DNA of 64,000 nt from an uncultured Nitrospinota bacterium (GTDB lineage: Bacteria; Tectomicrobia; Entotheonellia; J063; CAVPRW01), in NCBI GenBank assembly GCA_963707985.1, contig CAVPRW010000042.1:64001-128000 (forward strand), given 5' to 3'. The notes under the pieces are model-generated. The model did no database searches and had not been told where the DNA came from. It saw nothing but the letters and a program-made list of their open reading frames with translations. Positions within the stretch are counted from its first letter, which is position 1; the number at the start of each line of letters is the position of its first letter. The translations under genes were made by a program, and so were the position numbers. Of the stretch, positions 44,197-53,577 are shown piece after piece.

Positions 44197-45954
44197 ATGC
44201 CCATCGCCGGAACCACCCTGAGCAGTTTGCGACCGTTGATCCAGGGTACCAACGGAGTCGTCGTCTCAAGCCACCCAAGCGCTGCCATGATCGGTCTGGA
44301 CATTCTACGGCAGGGTGGAAACGCCATCGATGCCGGCGTGGCAGTCGGGCTGGCACTGAACGTCGTACATGCCCACGAGTGTAACTTTCTGGGTGTCGCG
44401 CCAACGATCATGTATCTGGCCGGTCGCCGGGAGGCGGTCACCATCGATGGCCTGGGAGTGTTCCCGAAGGGACTGTCGGTGGAGTACTTGCAGCGTCACC
44501 ATCAGGGAAAGCTGCCTCCCGGCCTCTTGCGTGCCCTGACACCGGGCGCGGCGGATGCGTGGTTCACCGCGCTGGCACGTTATGGCACTATGCGCTTTGG
44601 CGACGTGGTCGCACCCGCTATTGCACTGGCGGAGCGCGGTTTCCCGATGTACCGCTATCTGGCCACAGCAGTGCAGACGGCCCCAGAGACCTACCGGCGC
44701 TATCCCGGCAATGCGGCAGTGTTTCTGCCCAACGGCAGACCGCCGGTGGTAGGCGAGTTGTTCTACCAGAAAGATCTGGCGGCGACGCTGCGCCAGCTCG
44801 TGGCCGTAGAGGAGGCACACCGCGCTCAAGGTCGCGAACAGGCCCTGCAGGCAGCGAGGGATGTGGTGTATAAGGGGGAGTTGGCGGAGAAGATCGTTGC
44901 CTTCTGCCAGGCGGAAGGGGGCTTGCTTACCATGGCCGACCTTGCCGACTATCGCGTCCGTTGCGACCCCCCCGTGCAGGTCAATTACCGCGGCTATGAT
45001 GTCTATGCCACGGGACCCTGGGGGCAAGGGCCGGTCTTCCCGCAGGCCCTCAAGATCCTGGAAGGCTTCGATCTGCACGGCATGGGACATAATTCGGCGG
45101 CATACCTGCACACCGTGACCCAGGCCCTCAACCTGGCCTTTGCTGATCGTGAACAATACATCGGCGATCCGGCCTTCGTCGACGTGCCAATGGATGCCAT
45201 GCTCTCGGAGGCCTATCTGCGTGAACGTCGACGCCTGATCGATCCCGATTGCGCCTGGCCGGTGATGCCGCCAGCTGGAGACCCACGCCGTGGCAAGGCG
45301 ACCCTGGATGGTGCCCCCCAATCACCGCGACAGGCCGTGGCGACGGCAGGGACGATGGGGACTGAGGCCGCCGGGACATCGTATTTTGGGGTAATCGACA
45401 AGGATGGTAATATCTTCTCTTGTACCCCGAGCGAGGGGGCGAAATCTGGTCCCATCATCCCCGGCACGGGGCTGGCGCTCAGCCTACGCGGCTCGCAATC
45501 CAAGGTCGAGCCTGAACATCCCGCGGCACTGGGGCCAGGTAAACGACCACGGTTGACGCCGGCACCGGCGCTGGTACTCAAGGATGGAGAGCCGGTAATG
45601 GCGCTTGGCGGCTACGGTGGGGATCACATTCCGCAGGGGACGCTGCAGATTTTCCTCAATGCCGTGGAGTTCGGTCTCGATCCGCAGGAAGCGGTCGAAG
45701 AGCCGCGCGTGTATAGCTATAACTTCCCCAACTCCTCCTATCCGTCGACCTATCTCCCAGGTGTGATGCGAGCGGAGGGTCGTATCTCGGCCGAAGTGAT
45801 CGAGGCCTTACGTCAGCGTGGGCATCACGTCGATCGGCTGCCGGATTGGTTCGAGGGCGCTTGTCTGTACGGCATGATCATCCGACATCCGCAGAGCGGC
45901 GTGCTGCAGGGCGGGGCCGACCCTCGCGGCGAAGCTTATGCGGTTGGGTACTAA
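44197..45954 (+). CDS. ggt: Gamma-glutamyltransferase family protein (Ntn hydrolase)
   Basis: GGNAIDAGVA, AFADRE..GDP, TSYFGVIDKDGN autoprocessing Thr, GPGKRP, GGADPR. Confidence 0.88.
   Translation: MPIAGTTLSSLRPLIQGTNGVVVSSHPSAAMIGLDILRQGGNAIDAGVAVGLALNVVHAHECNFLGVAPTIMYLAGRREAVTIDGLGVFPKGLSVEYLQRHHQGKLPPGLLRALTPGAADAWFTALARYGTMRFGDVVAPAIALAERGFPMYRYLATAVQTAPETYRRYPGNAAVFLPNGRPPVVGELFYQKDLAATLRQLVAVEEAHRAQGREQALQAARDVVYKGELAEKIVAFCQAEGGLLTMADLADYRVRCDPPVQVNYRGYDVYATGPWGQGPVFPQALKILEGFDLHGMGHNSAAYLHTVTQALNLAFADREQYIGDPAFVDVPMDAMLSEAYLRERRRLIDPDCAWPVMPPAGDPRRGKATLDGAPQSPRQAVATAGTMGTEAAGTSYFGVIDKDGNIFSCTPSEGAKSGPIIPGTGLALSLRGSQSKVEPEHPAALGPGKRPRLTPAPALVLKDGEPVMALGGYGGDHIPQGTLQIFLNAVEFGLDPQEAVEEPRVYSYNFPNSSYPSTYLPGVMRAEGRISAEVIEALRQRGHHVDRLPDWFEGACLYGMIIRHPQSGVLQGGADPRGEAYAVGY
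45818..45954 (+). repeat. Direct repeat copy 1: last 137 nt of ggt
   Basis: Aligns without gaps to 50808-50944 with 17 mismatches. Confidence 0.92.
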
Positions 45955-46038
45955 TAAGCTGCCCGGCCTTACCCTCCCACTCAACGGACAAAAGCGCCAG
46001 GTGAGGCCGGAAGCACCTGAGACTCAAGGGTCTATACG

Positions 46039-46076
46039 CCTTCCCCCCTGGCGGGGGAAGGTTGGGAACGGGGGGA
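46039..46076. repeat. REP-like palindrome with G-rich tail
   Basis: ccttccccc-ctggc-gggggaagg followed by ttgggaacgggggg. Confidence 0.55.
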
Positions 46077-46185
46077 AAGGACGCGGCTCGCTCCCCCTCC
46101 TGTCTCCTCCCTTGATAGCCAATTGGTCCAGCATCGTGTGAGACTCTGAAGAGGCTAGGCCGAAGTTTCTCCAGTAACTTGGTGG

Positions 46186-46905
46186 CTACTGACGTCGGGC
46201 TTGTAGGTGAGCGACAAAGGCGATGTGTTTGGGGGAGGTGAGTCGCTGTTGCTGCGCGGCTAGCACCTGCACCATATCCCCCGCCCAGAACGTGTCGGGG
46301 TTGAGGCAAAGTCCGGGAAAGACCTCACTGCACAGTAGGCCCGATGCATCTGGCTGCATGGCCTGGTAGACCCCCTCGCGCAGGCGAAACCAGTCGATGC
46401 GGTGCTCGTACATCTGCACGGCGATATACTCCTCCACGCCGCTACGCTGAAAGACCCGTAGTTTCGCATGTAGATCGTAGGAGACGCTGCTTGCTGCGAT
46501 CTCCAGGACCAGTTCCGGCGGCCCCTCGAGATAGTGATCCTCCGTCACCCGCGACTGCCCACCCAACTCGGGCTCCAGTCTCAACAGCCCATCGGGTTGT
46601 ACCTCGGTTTCCAGGTCTAGACGCACTGTGGCATTATCCGCTCCCTGAACTCCAGGCGTAGCGAAACAGTAGAGACCAAGCCAGGTGTTCAACTGGAAAT
46701 GCGGGGCCGCGTGTTCTGGGTAACGTATAGGGGAGGGCATATAGACGACTCCATCGATCAGCTCGGCCTTCTTGATCTCTGGGTGGGCTTCGTAGCGCCG
46801 TTCGAACTCGAAACGTGACAAACGGTCCCCCGCATGCAGCGGAGGGCGCATAGCCCATAGCTCGGCTTTGGGGAGGGCGTCCACAGTCGTGACATGTGCC
46901 ATCAT
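46186..46905 (-). CDS. Uma2 family endonuclease
   Basis: KAELIDGVVYMPSP, VQPDG, GPPELVLEIAASS, GVEEY, SEVFPGL. Confidence 0.92.
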   Translation of the reverse strand: MMAHVTTVDALPKAELWAMRPPLHAGDRLSRFEFERRYEAHPEIKKAELIDGVVYMPSPIRYPEHAAPHFQLNTWLGLYCFATPGVQGADNATVRLDLETEVQPDGLLRLEPELGGQSRVTEDHYLEGPPELVLEIAASSVSYDLHAKLRVFQRSGVEEYIAVQMYEHRIDWFRLREGVYQAMQPDASGLLCSEVFPGLCLNPDTFWAGDMVQVLAAQQQRLTSPKHIAFVAHLQARRQ

Positions 46906-47446
46906 CGAGTCCTTTTGCGGTCCTCTAACCTCAGATGAAGGGAGGGACAGGCAGGCCCTAACCTCCTTCAGGATCCCCCTATCAACATCTGCAGCCTACT
47001 GGGAAAGTGGCATGCTGTCAAGGGGACTCTAGTGTTCTAAGAGCTCGTAACTTTATGCCATTTATCCATGCAAGGTATCATGTCAGCCAATGCGAACTCG
47101 CCGCGTTAATTGCCCGTTGCTCTCCCATCTCTGGGGTTGCTTGGCAATACGGGGATTATCCATCGCGGGTTAGATATTGCCCAGGAGATCGAGAGCCCGG
47201 GCTACGAGTATGTGCTCGCCTGGTGCGATCAGCCGTAACGAGAGGCGGAGCCGCGCGCGCTAGTGAAAGGGGTCAAGAACGGTGGAAGAGTGCAGCACCT
47301 TTACAAAGCAGCGCACGCATGGTAATGAACCACTCATAGCGCAGCAGCCAAAGCGCGGATGATGACACGGAGGGAGCAATGACGGCACACGATGTATTAG
47401 AGAACGTGGCGAGGGGTATGGCCGCCTGTTCACTCTGATCCACGGT

Positions 47447-47513
47447 GCCTAACATCGCGACAACCCTATGAAGCGCCGGGACGTGAACACTGGTTGGAAG
47501 CATGATGTTAGGT
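47447..47513 (+). other. attC-like recombination site
   Basis: GCCTAAC (RYYYAAC) ... GTTAGGT (GTTRRRY), 67 bp; cctaacatc/gatgttagg and caacc/ggttg pair. Confidence 0.45.
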
Positions 47514-47560
47514 GCGGTGGAGTGATTGCCAACGTTCAGCTTTTTCATTGATGACTGGGC

Positions 47561-48545
47561 CTAGGGGTTTCTGGTCATGGGATTGAAACCCGTCCACCCT
47601 TTGACCATCTCACCTAACAGCGATTTAACCATTTGTGCTACACCGCTGACGACGCTCTTGGGAATCGAGTTGAGCAGGCTGCGCACGCTATCGGCTTGCT
47701 CGCGGGTGAGCAAGCCCTGGTACTCTTTGTCGCGCAACCACTGGTCAAAGACGACGGTATCGCGCGTCCCAGCGATGACATTGCCAGCGGCCCACCAGGC
47801 AAAGCCGCGCGACGCTACTCGCCAGCGCGCCCCTTGCCATAGCGTCAGCCCAGCGATGCCGATGCGCTGGTCAACCCTCTCGACCATCCCCAGTTCTTGT
47901 AAATGAAGGAGTTCTGGCCCATACCATTCTATGCGTCCTAAATCGCTGGTATCGAACTCCCGCCCGTCCACCCGTCCCTTCATTTCCCCCAGCGCGAGAA
48001 TCATCATGGCGGTCTGCCCGGTTGGAGAGAGGTGCCGCCAAAAGTCGTCAAAGTATGCAGCAGCACAGTCGTGAAAGAATTGACCCCCAGCCTGATAGCG
48101 CGCCTCACCGGTCTTACCATCGACCGCTGCGTCAAACAGTCCAGCCGCAGCGATCTGCATCAGAAAGGGATGGCGGCTGGAAAGATCGTGAACGAAAGCA
48201 TAGTCGTCGTCAGTAAACGCGACGCCAGTGTCGGCGAGCGTCATCTCTATCAGACTACGACTTTCATCGGGCGAGAGAGGCAGGAGGCGGACCTCTGTAA
48301 TGTTGTTGAAGAAGGGCGAGCCGTACGAGTTCAACTCCTGGCTGAGACGGTTCATCGCTGAGACTGACAGGCGGCTGGCGGCAATCACCACGAGGCCGTC
48401 GGTGCGGGTGGCCATTGAGCGAAGCGCGCCGAAGAACTCGTTTTTGAAGCTGGGGTGATTGAGCAGCGCATCGAACTCATCGATGATGATCACGATCCGC
48501 CGACCGGATCGAGCCAACAGCCGAAAAAGGCTTTCAAGAGCGAAC
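47561..48545 (-). pseudogene. STAND/AAA-like ATPase, 5'-truncated at IS1634
   Basis: Walker B IVIIIDEFD, GSPFFN, RHPFLMQ; Walker A missing. Confidence 0.7.
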
Positions 48546-50305
48546 GAACATTGAGCAGGTGCGGATCGAAGAAAAATTATATACCCTCCTTTGACGGTCT
48601 TACCGAGTCAATGCGATGCAGGCAGGAGGGTCACCAATGGAATCCGTCAGTGTTGAACGCTTGGACCATTTAGGGGTAGTCGCTTCTGTGATCAAAGGCT
48701 TAGGGCTCATCGAGATGATCGACGCGCGATTGCTTCGCCATGACCAGGAAGAGATCACCGCGGGCGAAGCGGTTGCCGGGATGATCCTCAATGGCTTGGG
48801 GTTTGCCAATCGTCCTTTGTCGTTAACCCCCCAGTTTTTTGCCAACAAACCCCTCGATCTCTTGTTTCGTGAGGGTGTGCGTGCGGAGATGTTCAACCGC
48901 TTTAAGCTCGGTCGCACGCTCGATGAGGTCCACGCCTATGGTTGTGACCTGTTGTTGAGCGAACTGGCCCTGGCCGTCTGTGCCCAGGAAGGCATTGATG
49001 AACGCTTCAACCATCTTGACACCACCAGCTTTTCCCTGACTGGCGACTATGTGCCCGAGAGTGATGAGCACGCTATTGCCATCACGCATGGCTACTCCAA
49101 AGATCACCGTCCTGACTTGAAACAGGCCGTCTTAGAGCTCATGGTCTCGCAAGACGGTGGGGTGCCATTGATGAGTAAAAGTTGGGATGGCAACACCTCG
49201 GACACACAGATTTTTCAGGAGCGCGCCCAAGCCCTGATGGCGACCTTTAGGGAGTCGCCCAACCCGCGCTACTTGGTGGCAGACGCTAAACTGTACACTG
49301 AAGATAATGCCCCTAACCTGGCCCAGCTCGGCTTTATCACGCGTATTCCAGGCACGCTCAAGCTGGTCACCCAGGTGATCACCCAAGCCCTCCAATGGGA
49401 CACCTGGCAGGATCTCAATGCGAGGACGCGCTATCAGCGCATCGAGTTATGCCACTACCGTATGGCCCAGAGGTGGCTGGTGGTCTTATCGCAGGCCGCC
49501 CTTGAGCGTGCTGAGGCGAGCGTCAACAAAGCATGTCAGCGTGAAGCGGAAGCCATCAAACAACACCTCTTTCATCTGCAAGCCAGGCGTTTTGAGACAC
49601 CGACCCAGGCCCAAGAGGCATTGTCGGGATTGGCGCGCAAATGGCGCTATCACCAGGTGGCATCCTCTGTGCTGCTTGACCACAAACGCTATGGCAAAAA
49701 AGGCCGGCCCACCGCCGCGACGCCGATCCGAGCCATCGAGTGGCAGATGCAAGCGCAGGTGAGGCGGGATGCCAAGCGCATCGAGGACGCCAAGCAGCAT
49801 ACCGCGTGCTTTGTGCTGGGGACCAACATCGAGACGGAGCAGCTCTGCGACGCGGAGGTGATCGCCGGCTACAAAGCGCAATCCCAGGCAGAGTGTGGGT
49901 TCCGATTTCTCAAAGACCCATTGTTTTTTGTCTCGTCGTTGTTTGTGAAAAAACCCTGCCGCATTCAGGGGCTCTTGATGGTGATGACCCTGGCGCTGCT
50001 GGTCTATTCGGTGGCGCAACGCCGTCTGCGCCGAGCATTAGCCCGTCAAAACGAAACGATCCCGAATCAAATCAACCAACCGACGAGCCGTCCGACTCTG
50101 AGGTGGGTGTTTCAAGTGTTGGACGGGATCGAGCGCGTCCGTGTGACGGTCGACGGTCAGGTCCGGGACCTGATCACGGGTTTGAATGAGGTAAAAATCA
50201 AAATCCTTCACCTCTTTGGCGAGCAGGTCTGCCACGTATATCAATTGCCTTCGGGCTAAGACGCTTCAATTGCGACGGGAGCAAGAGCTATTCCAGCAAA
50301 TGTTC
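48546..50305 (+). mobile_element. IS1634 family insertion sequence (ends approximate)
   Basis: Contains intact transposase; imperfect terminal inverted repeat gaacatt.../...aatgttc. Confidence 0.75.
48637..50259 (+). CDS. IS1634 family DDE transposase
   Basis: LDHLGVVA, HLDTTSF, GYSKDHRPDLKQ, LVADAKLY, E.GFRFLKDP, PTLRWVFQ. Confidence 0.95.
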   Translation: MESVSVERLDHLGVVASVIKGLGLIEMIDARLLRHDQEEITAGEAVAGMILNGLGFANRPLSLTPQFFANKPLDLLFREGVRAEMFNRFKLGRTLDEVHAYGCDLLLSELALAVCAQEGIDERFNHLDTTSFSLTGDYVPESDEHAIAITHGYSKDHRPDLKQAVLELMVSQDGGVPLMSKSWDGNTSDTQIFQERAQALMATFRESPNPRYLVADAKLYTEDNAPNLAQLGFITRIPGTLKLVTQVITQALQWDTWQDLNARTRYQRIELCHYRMAQRWLVVLSQAALERAEASVNKACQREAEAIKQHLFHLQARRFETPTQAQEALSGLARKWRYHQVASSVLLDHKRYGKKGRPTAATPIRAIEWQMQAQVRRDAKRIEDAKQHTACFVLGTNIETEQLCDAEVIAGYKAQSQAECGFRFLKDPLFFVSSLFVKKPCRIQGLLMVMTLALLVYSVAQRRLRRALARQNETIPNQINQPTSRPTLRWVFQVLDGIERVRVTVDGQVRDLITGLNEVKIKILHLFGEQVCHVYQLPSG

Positions 50306-50309
50306 AACT

Positions 50310-50760
50310 ACCCTGCTGCTAAGGATGCCCATCAGTTCATCTTCAGAGATGACAGCGTTCTCGTGGGTCCCGCCCGCCACGGCCGAGAAAATGACGCGTT
50401 CGGCGGGTGGTAGACCATCCCAGACCCACTCGAAAATGTTCTCACCGGCTGCCAGCGCCTTGGGGACGACCGCTTCAACATCGGGTATATCTATTGTCGG
50501 TGCGTCCGACGGCGACACAGCGTATGCCGGTCGAAGAGCAACTGGCACATGAGTTGTATAAAGTAGGGATGACGCGCGGTCAAACCCAGCAAGCGGTCAA
50601 TCGCTGGTTCGGTAAAACGCAAACTGCCCTCGCGCTCCGCTAAGCAGACAAGCTTACGCGCGTTCTCGTCATCCGAGCACTGAGATGCGTTGATAGCGCG
50701 CGGCTTTGAACGTGGCCTTGACGTCAATGGACAGGTCTTCGGCCTTGCGGCCGACAACGA
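50310..50760 (-). pseudogene. Second STAND/AAA-like ATPase, internal fragment
   Basis: LRFTEPAIDRLLGLTARHPYFIQLMCQLLF and FEWVWDGLPPAER helical motifs; truncated on both sides. Confidence 0.6.
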
Positions 50761-50807
50761 AGATAAAAGCCAGCAGCGGCTCGTTTTATCAAGCTTCGCA
50801 ATAAAAA

Positions 50808-50944
50808 GTGGGCATCAGGTTGATCGGCTGCCGGATTGGTTCGAGGGGGCTTGCCTGTACGGTATGATCATCCGGCACCCGCACAGCGGTGTGCTGCAGG
50901 GCGGGGCCGATCCTCGCGGCGAGGCCTACGCCGTCGGATACTAG
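50808..50944 (+). repeat. Direct repeat copy 2: orphan ggt 3' end
   Basis: Encodes GHQVDRLPDWFEGACLYGMIIRHPHSGVLQGGADPRGEAYAVGY*, nearly identical to the Ggt C-terminus. Confidence 0.92.
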
Positions 50945-51772
50945 GATGTGTTTGCAAAGTCTATAGAATTCCTCGCCATACGATGGTCGCAGCGATCAGC
51001 CACATGGCTTTATAGTTGACGGCGCGCTTTTCGTCGCGCGTCGCCAAACCCGGAACTGCTTACACCGATCGATGAGCCGCTCGATCCAGTTGCGGAGACG
51101 GTCAATCCCTCGATCGAAGAGGCCTGTGCGATGGTCTTTCCGCTTGCACGGGATGCTCATTCGGATGCCATGCTGGCAAGCATACTGCCGAATCCGCCCG
51201 CTGCTGTAGTCTTGATTGCCCACGAGCCGATGCGGGCGGCGCTTGGGGCGGCCTGGCCAACCCCGCTTGACGGCCCCGCTCGCGAGGATCTATGCGAAGA
51301 CCCTCGTCTCGTGCCGCTGTCCAGGGGGGAGGACGAGGGTCATCAGCTGCCCCCCCTTCGGCTAGCAGGTGGACTGTGGTACTGTACCCACCCCGGCTCC
51401 GGCCCAAGGCTTCAGACTCTGGGTTTCTTTGTTTGCCCCAGCCGCATGCTGACGGGCTCGGATCATCGTGCCATCGATAAAAAGCAGGTCCCCGTTCAGC
51501 TGACCATGGGCGTCGGCTTATGCCTGCACTGCCGCGAAGAGCCGCTCCCAGATGCCTGCCCGCCGCCAGCGGCAGAAGCGACTGGCCACGGTGCGCCATG
51601 GACCATTTCGTTTAGGCAGATCGCGCCAGGGCGCCCCAGTGCGCAGAATCCACAAGATGCCATCGATGATCGTGCGATGGTCATGGGCGGGTCGCCCAGC
51701 CTTCGGTTTTTGGGGTGGGAGCAGGGGTGGGAGCGTCTTCCACTGGATGTTGGTCAATTCGCCTCTGTTCAT
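50942..51772 (-). mobile_element. Degenerate IS5 family (IS427-like) transposase
   Basis: MNRGELTNIQW..GILWILRTGAPWRDLP, ALGRSRGG, RLRNWIERLI; several frameshifts; ends ...tttgcaaacacatcctag. Confidence 0.85.
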
Positions 51773-52128
51773 GTCGCCTCACCTCCGTTCCAATTGAGCT
51801 TTAAGCGCCAGCGAGATGAGACGTTGGGTGCCGATAGTCAAGTAGTGGCACCCCTCAAGCGTTTATCCTGATTGACACCACGCCGAAAGTTTGGTCTACT
51901 TGCTCCGCAGTTTATCCTCCCCCATGATGAAGGGTCCGATCACTTTCTCCTCGATGACAGGAATCGGGCTCTGCAATGGTTGGCGCATAGGGGCGGCGAG
52001 TTTGCACACGACAAGCGGACGGTTTTCCCGAAGGGCTCCTTGACGTAGGTCGCTGGAGAAGTTATCGGGGGTTGAACAGCCCCACTCATTTGGCAGCATG
52101 CGATAGGGCGTGGGTCCAGGATTCCGCC

Positions 52129-52878
52129 ATGGTCAGAGTACCAAAGCCTGCACTGTATAAGACGATTTTCCAGGCGCGATACAAGGCAGAACTCAAGTTT
52201 TACGAACTCCTTATGCCTGCCGCACAGCGGCTCCGTGAGTACCCCCATTGGGAGACGGATCGACTCCGAGTGACGCTCCAAGACTTTGACAAACACTGCA
52301 GCGTGGCCATCGCACATGATTCTTTTTCTTATGAGCAGGATTCTCAAGATAACGTAATGGAAGAGAAATATGTTCAGCAAGTTTTGGATGAGTTGCCTGC
52401 TGCATTGCAATTGGACTTCTATACGCGTTTAGGGTACCGACGCCAATATTTGATCGCTGTAGATATGCCCTTCGATGGATTGGTGCGCGTGATGAATTTA
52501 AAATTATTCTCACAGGATGAGAGGTTGCGACGGATCATGCCTGTCCAGGTGGAAGATCTGATGTATCGTATCAATTCACGGGACGAGCCATACCGATACC
52601 GTTTCACCATTGGACCGGTCCGCAAACCAGAGATTCCCCAATATGTAACCTATAACCGTCACCATCATCTCAACCCTCTCACGAGTGAGAAGGAGTATCT
52701 CGCAATCATCGAGAAATATCCTGATGTGGCGGTCTTTATGGATCTCGACCTGTACCAGGAGAGTGAACGGCTGCAGACCGGGGAAGCTGCCCCCTTCGTT
52801 GCGGCCGCGCGCCAAAAACTTCAAGGGCTCGCCGAAGACGTCTCTGCATACCTGTTCCTGAGAGAAGTGGAGGCATAG
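52129..52878 (+). CDS. Hypothetical protein, TIGR04255-like
   Basis: 249 aa; N-terminal TIFQARY, central TRLGYR and C-terminal FMDLDLY resemble the TIGR04255 pattern (by eye). Confidence 0.5.
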   Translation: MVRVPKPALYKTIFQARYKAELKFYELLMPAAQRLREYPHWETDRLRVTLQDFDKHCSVAIAHDSFSYEQDSQDNVMEEKYVQQVLDELPAALQLDFYTRLGYRRQYLIAVDMPFDGLVRVMNLKLFSQDERLRRIMPVQVEDLMYRINSRDEPYRYRFTIGPVRKPEIPQYVTYNRHHHLNPLTSEKEYLAIIEKYPDVAVFMDLDLYQESERLQTGEAAPFVAAARQKLQGLAEDVSAYLFLREVEA

Positions 52879-52881
52879 TCC

Positions 52882-53571
52882 ATGGCGGCGGAGATGACGG
52901 TTGGGAGGACACATGAGGAATTCACGGGGAAGGCATCATCGTCCGAGCCACAGTCTGCGACTAATCGCGCAGCGAGCGATACGCTGGAAGGTCTGAGCCA
53001 AACGCAATCCCATCAAGTGACGCGAAGGCATCCAGGATCCGAGGAACAGGCGGTACACGCTGGCGATGTCGAAGTAGGACAGTCATCGACGACATCTAGC
53101 ACTCGGCCGGAGCCATCCTCTGCCATCTCGAAAGGGCTGTCGATCCCAGTGGTCTCACCTGTTCTCAAGGCGGATCGAGATACAGACCGCATCTTGCGGG
53201 TCCATTTCGTCAACCCCCTTCTCGCCGATCTCCGGAAAATCCAGCGACACTGTGGCACCCCGGCGGCCGCTATGTATGCCGACAGCATATTACGCACGAT
53301 ACGGGCGATGCGGGACTTGGTGCCCTTCGATCCCTATACAGAGGTGGCCATGGCGCTGTATGATGCCATGGCCTTTCAAAATCGTTGGCTGGACTATACC
53401 GTCGAACAGTACGAAGGCGCTCATCATCTCCTCAGAAATCTTGCTGTTCGATCACAGCTTCGTAACAACGACATTGAAAATGCTATTATGGGTCTCGAAA
53501 ACCTGGGTTTTGACACGACCCCCTTCGAGATGAGCGTCGAGCGTGCGAATGATGTGGATGAAGAAGGCTAA
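52882..53571 (+). CDS. Hypothetical protein with disordered N-terminus and helical C-terminal domain
   Basis: 3 nt after upstream stop, RBS GGAGG; first ~85 aa rich in S/T/E/Q; ends ..LENLGFDTTPF.. Confidence 0.7.
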   Translation: MAAEMTVGRTHEEFTGKASSSEPQSATNRAASDTLEGLSQTQSHQVTRRHPGSEEQAVHAGDVEVGQSSTTSSTRPEPSSAISKGLSIPVVSPVLKADRDTDRILRVHFVNPLLADLRKIQRHCGTPAAAMYADSILRTIRAMRDLVPFDPYTEVAMALYDAMAFQNRWLDYTVEQYEGAHHLLRNLAVRSQLRNNDIENAIMGLENLGFDTTPFEMSVERANDVDEEG

Positions 53572-53577
53572 CTGCGG

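Noticed and set aside
48538..50312. 3-bp AAC on both sides of IS1634 as a target-site duplication
   Set aside because: Shorter than expected for the family and likely chance; the flanks belong to different genes, implying deletion.
51872..52048. 58-codon TTG-started frame upstream of the three-gene operon as a fourth gene
   Set aside because: No RBS or recognisable motif; could be a remnant truncated by the IS5 element.
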